Assembly: GCA_040285855.1 (NCBI GenBank)
Contig: JAUFOQ010000011.1
Coordinates: 186,001 to 212,658 of the forward strand
Direction: 5' to 3'
Length of the DNA: 26,658 nt
Source of the DNA: Eukaryota sp. GEM-RC1
Taxonomy: Eukaryota
The notes under the pieces are model-generated. The model worked only from the letters and a program-made list of their open reading frames with translations. It did no database searches and was not told the DNA's origin. A program made the position numbers and the translations under genes. The number at the start of each line of letters is the position of its first letter. The first letter of the stretch is position 1. This document shows positions 1-11,879 of the stretch, piece by piece.

Positions 1-270
1 ACAGACCTGTTATTGCCTAAACCTTCCTCTGTGTAAAACCACAGCAGTCTCGCTAAGAAGAACAACCTATCCGAAAATAAGCTATCCTATTTAGCGACTT
101 AGATCTCGTTCGTTATCGGAATTAACCAGACAAATCACTCCACCAACTAAGAACGGCCATGCGCCACTAACCGTAAGATCATGAAAGAGCTATCAATCTG
201 TCAATCCTTATTACGTCTGGACCTGGTAAGTTTCTCCGTGTTGAGTCAGATTAAGCCGCAGGCTCCACAA

Positions 271-326
<56 letters not shown>

Positions 327-1416
327 GTTACCCAAGAACTTATGGTTTCCCATAAGGTGCTCAGAGGGTCGTATGTTAACGCCTCCAAATCCCTAGTCGG
401 CATAGTTTATGGTTGAGACTACGACGGTGTCTAATCGTCTTCGATCCCCAACTTTCGACCTTGATTAATGAGAACATCTTTGGCAAATGCTTTCGCAGTA
501 GTTAGTCATCCGGCAATCCAAGAATTTCACCTCTGACACCGGAGTACTAATGCCCCAACTGTCCCTTTTAATCATTACTCTAGTCCTCAAAACCAATAAA
601 ACAGAACCAAAGTCCTATTCCATTATTCCATGCTAAGTTATTCAATTGCATAAAGCCTGCTTTGAACACTCTAATTTTTCAAAGTAAACGGTCTAAATTC
701 AATAACCACCGCCGAAGCAAATGATCATTGTCCTTAGACTTAAGAGCTTGCCATCCAACAGGTTAGACCCATCGGACAACAAACTCTGACTTTCAACTAC
801 GGACGATTTAAACGCAGCAATTTTAAGATACACTACTAGAGCTGGAATTACCGCGGCTGCTGGCACCAGACTTGCCCTCTAGTAGCTCCTCGTTAAAGGT
901 TTTAAGTTGTACTCATTCCAATTACGAACTCAAAAGAGCCCAGTATTGTTATTTTTGTCACTACCTCCTCGTGTTGAGATTGGGTAATTTTCGCGCCTGC
1001 TGCCTTCCTTGGATGTGGTAGCCGTTTCTCAGGCTCCTCTCCGGAATCAAACCCTAATTCCCCGTTACCCGTCATAACCACCGTAAGCCACTACCTTACG
1101 GTTTAGTTGATAGGGCAGTGATTTAAGCGATATGTCGCCGTCCGAAGACATGCGATCAGCATAGTTATTATGAATCACCAAAGACCTGTTGCCAGGATTG
1201 GTTTTGTATCTAATAAATGCATCACTGTTGCCAATGATTGAGTGCATGTATTAGCTCTAGATTTACTACGGTTATCCAAGTAGTAAGGCACTATCAAATA
1301 AACTATAACTGATTTATTGAGCCATTCGCAGTTTCGCCGTATAATTGCTTATACTTAGACATGCATGGCTTAATCTTTGAGACAAGCATATGACTACTGG
1401 CAGGATCAACCAGGTA
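1..1416 (-). rRNA. 18S rRNA, 5' part (3' end lies outside the window)
   Basis: Minus strand starts TACCTGGTTGATCCTGCCAGTAG at 1416 and contains the universal SSU motif GTGCCAGCAGCCGCGGTAATTCCAGC. Colinear with 11554-12967. Confidence 0.99.
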
Positions 1417-1938
1417 TCATCAGTGATAGCCAATCATCTTGCGACGACTGACTTCAAAGCTATGACATCCTGTTTTAAATCAACCATCAGATGGTCGATT
1501 CGTGTTGATCATTTGATCTTTTCACATGTCCCAACTAGTAGCCTGATAACCACTAATCGTTCCATATGATGTACCTATAGATAGATTGCATGAACTTCAA
1601 TTCATCTTCTTTCAGTACAGTGGGTGCATTCAAACCTTAATGTTTCCATCTTGGCTTTCGTACAACACCATTTTGTTACCAAAGTAACAGGGTCATTCGA
1701 ACAAAAATCCAATACAACATTGATAAACATTGTAAAAGACCATGTAAGAAGACATGACTTTAGTATACCTAACCGAAATCAGAATTACTCTGACATCTGA
1801 GAGAGGTACACCCTACATATATGCCAAGTTTTTCATTTATATACCCTTTTACCAACAATGACTCGGATGACCATACCTAAATAGCTCAAATCCGCAATAA
1901 AATGGTCCCAAAAACTTTCAAAAATCAGAAAAACTTGT

Positions 1939-2010
1939 AACTTTTCTGGGGGCCAAAAGTTCCGGAACTTTTCTGGTAGGGGCCAAAAAGTTTGGAACTT
2001 TTCTGGGGTC
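1939..2010. repeat. Three short AACTTTTCTGG-containing subrepeats with palindromic junctions; candidate Pol I promoter-proximal element
   Basis: aacttttctgg occurs three times, and aaaagttccggaactttt (1955-1972) is a perfect 18-bp palindrome. Lies about 520-590 bp upstream of 18S. The function is inferred from position only. Confidence 0.7.
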
Positions 2011-4598
2011 ATTTGAGTTGGTTTTTCACGATGAAAACTGGTTGGGGTCTTTTGACTCGACTTGGTATTACGTTTGTAATTGATTATTTGCACTAAATAA
2101 AGGATAGAATTGTATTTTTGTAAAATTTGGAATAGTTGATGGTTATCGATTGATTGATGACCTGGTATGATTGTTGACCGTCATGGGGGTCAAAATGATT
2201 CCGATGGATTTAAGATGTACCAAAGGTATCTTTTGAATGTCGTTGTGTAACTAGTGGTGGTAGTGCAATCACAATCAAATTTAGGTCAAAACGATTTTCT
2301 CCGAGAACAGCTCATGACAGTCAATCATGTTGTACACACCGTCATGAACATCCCTTGCCCATGTTTGTATGAAGTTAGAACGGTGGAACATGTCTAGAGG
2401 CTGTGCACGAGTGTAAAGACTGGTAAAAGTGTCGAAATCGTGATTACTTAGGAGTTGAGCTCCTTTCGATACTTTTAACAATTACCAGCATAATCTATGC
2501 ATACGATAACCTAATAGTACTGTTAACAGCATCAGTTGAATTAGTTTCATCTTAACTCCAGTAGTGTTTGAATATTGGTCAAGTTCAATTGATTCTCATA
2601 CATGACTGTTGATACATTTTGATTTCTTCTTTGATACAGTTATGTCCCATACCAGTGTGCAAATGGCACGCCTACTGGTGCATGATCATATGATTGCATG
2701 AGAAAGTTTTTGTATAAGTATGTGATTTCAACTTACTACTCGTAAACTATCATGTAAAAGGGGACATTGGATTCTCTTAGTATACATTCTGTACAGCTAG
2801 TGTACACACACATTATAGTAACCCAACAGTACTGGATCGCTTCTCAAGTTGACATGGTGAATTAATTATTTTAGTCAAAATTGTTAAATTCTATCTTTCA
2901 GTGGTTACTTTGGAATTGTCTATAACTGTGCAACAGTGTTACTATGGTGGTGTTCATTAGTCATACAACAATCAAAATCATCATGAAGATCGACAAAGAG
3001 CAGTAGTATGGTCAAATTTGAAAATGAACAAAACCACTTCTACAACACTTTAAAGTTGTTTTCACATGCTCACACAAGAGTAGAACCAATATCAATGTCA
3101 AACACCAAAAGTCAATCAAAATTGTATCACAGTCAATCAAACATCATTCACATGAATTACACTCAGTCATATAACTTAAATCCAAAATATCAAAATCAAC
3201 ACCAACTAGTCCAAAAGAAACAATTAAAACAGTATATAACAACATTGGTAGATCGTTTCTACATCAACACAACACTTTTACAAACAATGACTATTACCAC
3301 TGTAATACAATGTAAACTATCAATATTGACCCTAATGGATCAACTCAAGTCTATATATTTTGAAACTTTTCACCTCAACTATAGTGTCAAACTGACCAAG
3401 TATAAAATGTTGACCAAAGTACATGTGAAAATAAAAGTCTTTGAAACTTGGTATATGTTATACCAATGGGTTGTTAACATCGTATAGATGATGTATTTGT
3501 AATATCAGTGACATTGGTTGGTAAAGTGTATGGTCTTTAGTTATTGGTAATTTTGAAGTGTACATGAAAGTTGTCAATTTCCACTTTTAACACCTTAACT
3601 GATGATCTTGAGAAGTTATATATTGGTTTGGAATCAATTTTATCTGAGTCGAATGTTTTCATTTTGACTTGGTAGTACTAGTGTATGAGTATCAAAGTGA
3701 CAAAATGAATGTTATGGATATTGAACAGTTGTACTAGTACTAGTTGTAGTATCACTGTAGTAGTGTTCACAGTGAATATTAGCTGTTGAATTAAATTCTG
3801 TGGTAAAAGTGGTCATTGGTGGATTTTGTTTTGTCAGTCCTTTGATGTCACTTTGGTTTTATTTGTTTTGATTTTATCGCAGTGTGTAGTGGTTTGATAG
3901 TTAACAAGTGTACATATTAAATTAGGTTTGTTCAAGTCAAGTTGTATATGTTTGGTATATAATGAGTATTTTGGTATTAAAATGAGTCACTTGAGCACTA
4001 GTTTTGATTATTACATAGTGGTTTAGTAAGTGTTTTTGTATAGTGTGGTTGATGTAAAATTTAAAATTCAATATGTTTGATTTCTATTTTATTACTTTAA
4101 TGTGTGTAATTGTGTTGTAATTCGTTGAGTTGGAGTTAATCGATATAGTTTTGGATTCTAATAGACAAAGTAATGATACTTATTGGATAGTATCACAATC
4201 AATCAATTTTGATTGGTACCAAGTTTTAAGCCAATATTGGTTTTACTTACTACCATGAGTTTTGTTTACGTGTTTATTCATGAATACTGGATAGTGTAGT
4301 GTGTGTACTGCTGGGTGAAGTTGCACATGGTGAGTATGAAGTTTGTGTATCTGACAGTAGTGGAATTATTAATGTTTATTAAAAGTATTACTAATATTTT
4401 ACAACAGTATTAGTTGAATTTGAATCTTTTGCTTTTGATTATACTAGTGATACTGTATGTGTGTTACTAAATGTAGTACACCTGACTTAATTTAACATTC
4501 ATTTATTATACAGTTGTAATAAGTTTTCAAAATTTTGAACCAAACATCACATAAATCACTACCCAAAGGTATAAAATAACTACCAAATAACAAACAAA

Positions 4599-4717
4599 AG
4601 AATGCAGCACTCAGTGTTCGCTTGTGGTCTCCCACCAAACTACTAACTAAGCCTTTGGCCACTTAACTTCGAATTCGGAATGGGATCCGGTGCTATGGAC
4701 CAAGTATGGCCGCATTC
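4599..4717 (-). rRNA. 5S rRNA
   Basis: Minus strand GAATGCGGCCATAC...CACCGGATCCCATTCCGAATTC(C)GAAGTTAAG...TTAGTAGTTTGGTGGGAGACCACAAGCGAACAC...GCATTC. Terminal helix GAATGC/GCATTC, about 120 nt, followed by a TTTT Pol III terminator. Confidence 0.96.
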
Positions 4718-6059
4718 ATGAGTTATATTGCGATTGTGGGTTTAAGCTTGGTGAGTACTATACTGTTGGTGTGGTAATACTAATACAATTGGTATGTGAT
4801 TTGTACTTTTGTATTGTACAGAGTCATGTTCATAGTAGTAGATAGATTGTGCATAGTGATGTTGTAACTATGATACAATGTTGATACATACTAACAATAT
4901 TGAGAAGTTGAGTCTGAACAATTATCTTGTATATGTGTGACACAGTATTATACTTTTATCAATATGGTATGCACTGGTATGTGGTGTTGTCAATGTTGTG
5001 TGATTCAAAATTTGTCTAGTTTCAAATATTATTATTAAGATGTATGTCTCACAAGTGTGGTGTAGTGATTTGGTATAGTAGTACAGATGTTTTGTCATTA
5101 ACATTTGTGATTTTGCATAGATTTATAAAACTATTGGTACAAGACATTGCTAAATATTTGACATTATTTAAAATTTGTCAAACTCAAGTAACACTGTTTT
5201 ATTCGATTATATGAAATATGAGTACTGTAAGTGGTGATTATGTATAGTGTATAGTATGTGTCATGTATCAGTGTGTGACTTGTACTTACATGTATACTAT
5301 TTGATATTGGTGTACTATTTATGTAATTGTGATTAAGACTGTGATTATCAGATAGATTTAAGTCCATGTTACATTTGATTAACTCTTTGTCATTTGATTT
5401 AGTACTATACTATGTATGTATGTAGTACTATGGTACATGTTTAGCTCTATGTGGATCTCATCTACATCACTATCATTATGATTGTGAATGTGGTGAAGGT
5501 ATGTTGTGAATCACTCTAATCAATTTTGATTGGTTTAGTGATTGTCACTGTGATTAGCTATTACTAGTATTACTAGTAAATCTACACACCAATGACTACT
5601 ATAGTACACTATGACTGTTAGTGTTGGAGATGTACATGACAATTGATCTGATTTTATGAAACTCAATTACTACAATTGATGATTGTCTAGTTGATTACAA
5701 CCACTATACCAACTAATCCATGACTCCATGTTCCAATCAAAATTGATTGAAAAATGTTTTCACTTGGTATGCTGAAACTGCCTAAAATCAGCTCAAAATG
5801 ACCCTCAATCCGTCTCTACGTGATTTTTTGAAAAGTGATTTTGATTGGTATACCAGATCTACTGAGGATCACTCAAAGTGACTGTCAATCAACGAATTTA
5901 CATGATTTTCATTAACAATCAGATTTTGACTCCCATGTAACTCCTGGCCAATCGCACTTCAACACTTCTAAATGCTTGTACGGGTACTGGGCCCTAGTAC
6001 CCTATGTAGTACTCAAGTTCCCAAAAAGGCTCTAAAAATGACCATTTGAAGGCCAATGG

Positions 6060-6146
6060 GATTGCGTTTACAAAATTGTCTCCAACTCGAGCCGCCGCAA
6101 GTACATCACGCGGCTCCCGAGTTACAACAATTTTGTAAACGCAATC
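6060..6146. repeat. Long inverted repeat / hairpin in the IGS
   Basis: gattgcgtttacaaaattgt (6060-6079) is the exact reverse complement of 6127-6146. Inner stems aactcg/cgagtt and gagccgc/gcggctc. Confidence 0.9.
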
Positions 6147-7471
6147 AAGAACTATCTAGACACCATCGTACTAGGGACTTAGTGTAGTACTCAAGACCTC
6201 TGTTACATCGTCAAAGGTACTTCATCTGAGTTCCCCACAAACCCTAAAACATGATGATCCCATTTTACATTTGTCACAAGAAGAAACTTTTATAAAAAGT
6301 TTAAACATTTCCCCAATAGGAGGCTCTGAGGCCAGGTACTAAAAGGGCGACTACTCCTCTATCACCAATGCAGTGCACCTATTATCCAAAGGCACAGGGC
6401 CCTCAAACAATAAACACAACAACACAGCGAACGAAGATGTCTAAGCGGAATTGTCCAAGATCCATTGGTTACCCAACATCTCTCAGACTATCCTCGTGCA
6501 ACCAGTTTTATGGCGTAGAAACACGGCAGATCGATAAATCAATCTACAACTAACCCTATTACAGTCCCAGTACCATGCAGGACTTACTTAAAAATTAGTC
6601 AATGACTTTCACTTAGTATCATTGACTTTGGTAGCATACAGTTGGTCGGTTACTGTTTGTAGTGTATACACAACATGTCTGTGCTTGTACCACTTTATTC
6701 TTCCCATCAAATCCATCACCAATTTCAGCACCTAAGTGCTACTGTGGTGTTGTCTTTTATGGGTAAAGTAGTCGTTGACTTGTCGATATAAAAATAATAA
6801 AGACTCGTCCTTTGACAATGTACTGCTACTACCGACAGTCAATGTCAATTAAACTCAAAAAATCTTAGTCGTTTTACGAAATTATAGTTTTCACTATTGT
6901 CTCCAACTAAGTGTATTCGAGTGTGGTACTGTCGTTTGATCCACGGCACAGACATGAACCATCAAGTACCATGGTTGAGACATGCACTAGTCACTTGACG
7001 TGCATTTGGACTGTCAGTATTAGATACCAACAGTCTTGGCTTATAGATATGATTCCAAAACAGAACCACTACAAACCTTAAGAGTATTAAGACTCTAGTT
7101 ACTACACAGGAGTCTCTACTCTTTTGTGTTATCATTGGTCTTAGTCAATGATACTTCAACCTTAGTCATTACAACCAAGGTCTAACCATCATTTATGCAA
7201 CCAGACCTAAACACACATGCATCTTATATCATCTTAGCATTTTGAATAACCAAGAATGACAAAGACACATAGTCTCAACCATCTCAACCATTAGCTACTT
7301 AGATACATACATACTTATATACAATCTTGAGCAGCTATGATCAGACTCAACTATGACTAACTCATTGTATGTTCACCACACAACGAATCAGCCAACTCTT
7401 GTTGAGTTAGCATTGAACCCCTTCCCAAGTGGTCCAATTAAAGAGAAGAGCATGTTTAACCACGCCTTCTC

Positions 7472-7864
7472 CAGAACTAGGAACATCAGATGAGCCTCAG
7501 TAACTCGTGTCAATACAACACTTGTACACGTACAGCACTGCGTTCCATATCTGAGTCGTCTACTCAGGTTCCACGCACCAGCAAGTCTTCATAGTTTCAA
7601 TGATCAATGACTAGTCTTCGACCAATCACCAATCTCACTAGTGTGATATTGGGGCGATGCAAGCACCACCCTAATCTTTATCGATTAGTTCTGCTGGACA
7701 ATATGTGGATCTTTCTAGGCTGGATACTAACTTAGAGGCGTTCAGTTATAATCCAACATACGTAGCTTCGCAGCAATGCCTTTTCAGACAACCGCATAAA
7801 CCAACTGTATGATGCAAGGGTTCCTCTCGTACTGACTTGCATTACTATTAGATCCACTAACAAT

Positions 7865-7919
<55 letters not shown>

Positions 7920-8020
7920 TTAATGGGTGAACAATCCAACGCTTTGAGAATTCTGCTTCTCAATGATAGGAAGAGCCGACATCGAAGAATCAAAAGCAAC
8001 GTCGCTATGAACGCTTGGCT

Positions 8021-8063
<43 letters not shown>

Positions 8064-8416
8064 ATCTAAAAGATCTTTATAAATAAAGGATCGTTAGGCC
8101 ACAATTTCTTGGTTTGTATTCGTACTGAAAATCAAAATCAAGTGAGCTTTTGCCCTTATACTCTACGTGAGATTTCTGTCCTCACTGAGCTCACCTTAGG
8201 ACACCTCCGTTATTATTTTGGAGATGTGCCGCCCCAGCCAAACTCCCCATCTGATAATGTCCTCAAATCCAATCACACCGAAGTGCTTAGGTCTTGAAAC
8301 AGGTAAACCTGTCTCGGATTAATTGAGTGAGCAAACCAATGTCAAGAGTCAGGGTGTTTCATTGTCGACCGAAGTCTCCCTGTACACTACACCTCCTGAA
8401 TCAGTTCACAATATCA

Positions 8417-8454
<38 letters not shown>

Positions 8455-8460
8455 GATTTA

Positions 8461-8494
<34 letters not shown>

Positions 8495-8518
8495 CTAGTA
8501 GGTAGGGACAGTGCGAAC

Positions 8519-8551
<33 letters not shown>

Positions 8552-8552
8552 G

Positions 8553-8597
<45 letters not shown>

Positions 8598-9499
8598 TGT
8601 TTACCCGTGCTTGATTGAATCTCTTCACAATGACATTCAGAGCACTGAGCAGAAATCACTTTCTGTCATCACCGTTTCCGGCCATCAGAAAGCTTTGTTT
8701 CGATTAAACAGTCGGGTTCGCTTTGTCCGTTACAGTTCTAGGTTGATCTTTAATTGCACAGAAGTTATCCCAACAGGTCCAGCTTTGCCAACAGCCCAGA
8801 GTTGCCTCCAAGCCATCGACTCCACCTTCACTGCCAGGGCCTCCATACAAGACCCTAGAGCCAATCCTTATCCCGAAGTTACGGATCTATTTTGCCGACT
8901 TCCCTTACCTACATTATGCTATTGACCAGAGGCTACACACCTTGGAGACCTGATGCGGTTATCGGTACGGACATTGATGAAGTACTCGCCCCTAGATTTT
9001 CAAGGGCCGTGAAAGATACACCAGACACTACAATTAAGCAGTGCTCTTTCCGCGTTACCTCCATTTCTCCAGCTAAGCTGATTCCATGGACGCTACACAG
9101 TTAATAAGAAAAGATAACTCTTCCTGGGATCCTTCCCGGCATCTCTAAGTTTGATTGTGTTACCACTGCACACCCATCAATGGTGCAGGAATATTAACCT
9201 GCTTCCCTTTCCACGTGATAGGACATAAATGCCCTCTCCTAAGAGTTAACCCGCGTGTTAGGACCGACTAACCCATGGCAGAATACCTTTACCATGGAAC
9301 CCTACTCCACTTCGGTCAACAAGATTCTAACTTGTTTATTTGCTACTACCACCAAGATCTGTACTGGAGGCTGCTCCAGTCCACCTCACGATGAACCTTC
9401 AACGCAACCCCACACCTCCTACACATTGAGGCATCAAATACCTCAATGGACATGTATAGGTGGCATACTTTAGCGCCATCAATTTTCAGGGCTAGTTGA

Positions 9500-9533
<34 letters not shown>

Positions 9534-10371
9534 ATTCCGACTTCCATGGCCACCGTCCTGCTGTCAATATCAACCAACACCTTTTTGGGGTCTAAATGAG
9601 TACACACTTAGGCACCTTAACATGTCTTTGGAGCATCCCACATCGCCAGTTCTGCTTACCAAAATGGCCCACTTAGAACTCATATTCAAACGCCACAATC
9701 ACAAAAGTATTGCAGAGTGTCTTGCCCATTTAAAGTTTGAGAATAGGCTAAGAGCATTGCGCCCCTAGTACCTCTAATCATTAGCTTTACCGGACAAAAC
9801 TAACACGAGCTCCAGCTATCCTGGGGAAACTTCGGGAGGAACCAGCTACTAGCCGCTTCGATGAGTCTTTCGCCCTATACCCAAATTCGACGAGTGATTT
9901 GCACGTCAACATCGCTGCGGACTTCCACCAGAATTTCTCCTGGCTTCATCCTACTCAGGCATAGTTCAGCGGCTTTCGGGTCGTATCCGTACTGCTCATA
10001 CGCGGATCTCTTTACAAGAACCGGTTGGAGTTGCAAGCCGAAGCCATCACTCCATGAAATTACTTTCATTGCGCGTCTCGGGTTTTCCACCCTAACACTC
10101 GCATATATGTTAGACTCCTTGGTCCGTGTTTCAAGACGGGACAGTTGGACCCTTTATATTGGAGTCTCGGCCGAAGCCGTATACCTGCCTCCAGAAGAAT
10201 GTCAATGCCAAGGCTATAACACCACTAACAACCGAAGTCATCAATGGCTACCTTCCTTAACACATTCAAACTCCCAAAGGCACTCCAATTCCGACAACCG
10301 AAGCTGTCTACTGTGGGGGCCAACCGCTTATCCTATTAGTGATTTCAGGTACTTTTAACTCTCTCTTCAGA

Positions 10372-10402
<31 letters not shown>

Positions 10403-10745
10403 GAACTATCGGTCTCCAACTATATTTAGCTTTACGGGAATCTTACCCGCATTTAACGCTGCATTTCCAAACAGCGCGACTCTCGGAACACCAACGGTGA
10501 TTCAGTCATTCGATGTCATGTACGGGATTTTCACCCTCCACGATACCCTTTTCCAAGGGTTTGTACACCGAGGACCAAACGCTGGAGTCCTTAGACCACA
10601 TGTCGTCACAGCCAAAAGGCCATGAAGATTTAGTCTTGAGCTTTTTCCTGTTCGTTCGCCACTACTAAGGAAATCATAGTTATTTTCTTTTCCTCCCTTA
10701 TTGATATGCTTAAGTCCAGGGGTACTCCTACTTGAAATCAGGCCA
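7472..10745 (-). rRNA. 28S (LSU) rRNA, uninterrupted
   Basis: 5' motif ACTTAAGCATATCAATAAG, R2-site region CTCTTAAGGTAGCCAAATGCCTCGTCA, peptidyl-transferase motif GGTTTAGACCGTCGTGAGACAGGTTAG, sarcin-ricin loop AGTACGAGAGGAAC. Ends approximate. Confidence 0.97.
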
Positions 10746-10910
10746 TTTTAATGGTTAGGACCGAGATCCTCAACTACACATCAGTAAATAATCAAGCTAT
10801 TGCAAAGTTGCCTTCAACAACAGTAATGACCATCAACAGTCAGTACAGAAGATGTATTTAAGATCAGAAGATATACTTCAAACCCAATCAACCCGAAGGT
10901 TAAAGTGCAT
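10746..10910 (-). other. ITS2 (~165 bp)
   Basis: Spacer between the 5.8S 3' end and the 28S 5' end. Confidence 0.85.
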
Positions 10911-11073
10911 ACGACACTGATTCAAGTATACCCTAACAACGCCGAAGCATTGAAAGGGTGCCATGTGCGTTCAAAATTTCGATGTTTCACAGGTTCTGCA
11001 ATTCGCATTACGTATCGCATTTCGCTGCGTTCTTCATCGATCTTGGAGCCGAGACATCCATCACTAAGAGTCT
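10911..11073 (-). rRNA. 5.8S rRNA
   Basis: Minus strand contains GATCGATGAAGAACGCAGCGAAATGCGATACGTAATGCGAATTGCAGAA and TTTGAACGCA. Confidence 0.97.
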
Positions 11074-11191
11074 TTTAATTTCAAACACTGTAAACAGCGT
11101 CTAAAAGGTTTTAAATTTTATAATAAATGAATTGGTTCGTTATTAAGGTTAAGTTATAGTGAAGCTCAACTTGCGTCAAGCAACACGTCGA
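11074..11191 (-). other. ITS1 (~118 bp)
   Basis: AT-rich spacer between the 18S 3' end (GGATCATTG) and 5.8S. Confidence 0.87.
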
Positions 11192-11325
11192 CAATGATCC
11201 ATCCGCAGGTTCACCTACGGATACCTTGTTACGACTTCTCCTTCCTCTAAATAGTAAGATTCACCCAATTTTCCCACCAGACCTTGCTTTGCAGCTTGAT
11301 CCAGCGAGTCCAAAGGTTTCACCTC

Positions 11326-11377
<52 letters not shown>

Positions 11378-11823
11378 TTCAGTGCATGCTGATGACATGC
11401 ACTTACAAGTTATTCCTCGTTCAAGACCCATAATTGCAAGGGTCTATCCCAGTCAAGACAGACATTCTCAAGATTACCCAAACTTTTCAGTTAAGGACAA
11501 ACTCGTTGAATCTGCCATTGTAGCGCGTGCGGCCCAGAACATCTAAGGGCATCACAGACCTGTTATTGCCTAAACCTTCCTCTGTGTAAAACCACAGCAG
11601 TCTCGCTAAGAAGAACAACCTATCCGAAAATAAGCTATCCTATTTAGCGACTTAGATCTCGTTCGTTATCGGAATTAACCAGACAAATCACTCCACCAAC
11701 TAAGAACGGCCATGCACCACTAACCGTAAGATCATGAAAGAGCTATCAATCTGTCAATCCTCCCTGTGTCCGGACCTGGTGAGTTTCTCCGTGTTGAGTC
11801 AGATTAAGCCGCAGGCTCCACAA

Positions 11824-11879
<56 letters not shown>

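Larger units (their letters stand above)
1417..7471. other. Intergenic spacer including 5' ETS and 3' ETS (copy 1)
   Basis: AT-rich non-coding sequence between the 28S 3' end and the next 18S 5' end. Near-identical to 12968-19061. Confidence 0.93.
1..11553. repeat. One full period of the rDNA tandem repeat (~11.55 kb)
   Basis: Position 1 (acagacctgttattgcc) recurs at 11554. The match continues to 7869/19459, where the retroelement interrupts. Confidence 0.98.

Noticed and set aside
2836..2845. ATCGCTTCTC, matching the U2 snRNA 5' end
   Set aside because: The match stops after 10 nt, with no branch-point pairing sequence GTGTAGTA at the expected distance.
3008..3487. 159-aa ORF in the IGS, and other short IGS ORFs
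   Set aside because: Product of the A/C-rich skew (Q/N/T/K-rich), no recognisable domain, and not kept intact in copy 2.
3670..5610. Frequent AGTACT/ACTAGT/TAGTA short palindromes in the IGS
   Set aside because: Irregular spacing and low complexity. Not a CRISPR or a definable tandem array, and enrichment cannot be shown without counting.
6485..6505. TCCTCGTG, similar to an HDV-like ribozyme L3 loop
   Set aside because: No P3/P1/P2 pairings could be built around it. No ribozyme was seen at the element 5' end either, consistent with truncation.
6550..6558. CTAACCCTA, resembling a TTAGGG telomerase RNA template
   Set aside because: A single 9-mer can arise by chance in a unit of this size, and I could not identify a convincing pseudoknot or promoter.
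8555..8585. Canonical R2 target site
   Set aside because: Intact and unoccupied in the only 28S copy that includes it, and the element here uses a different site.
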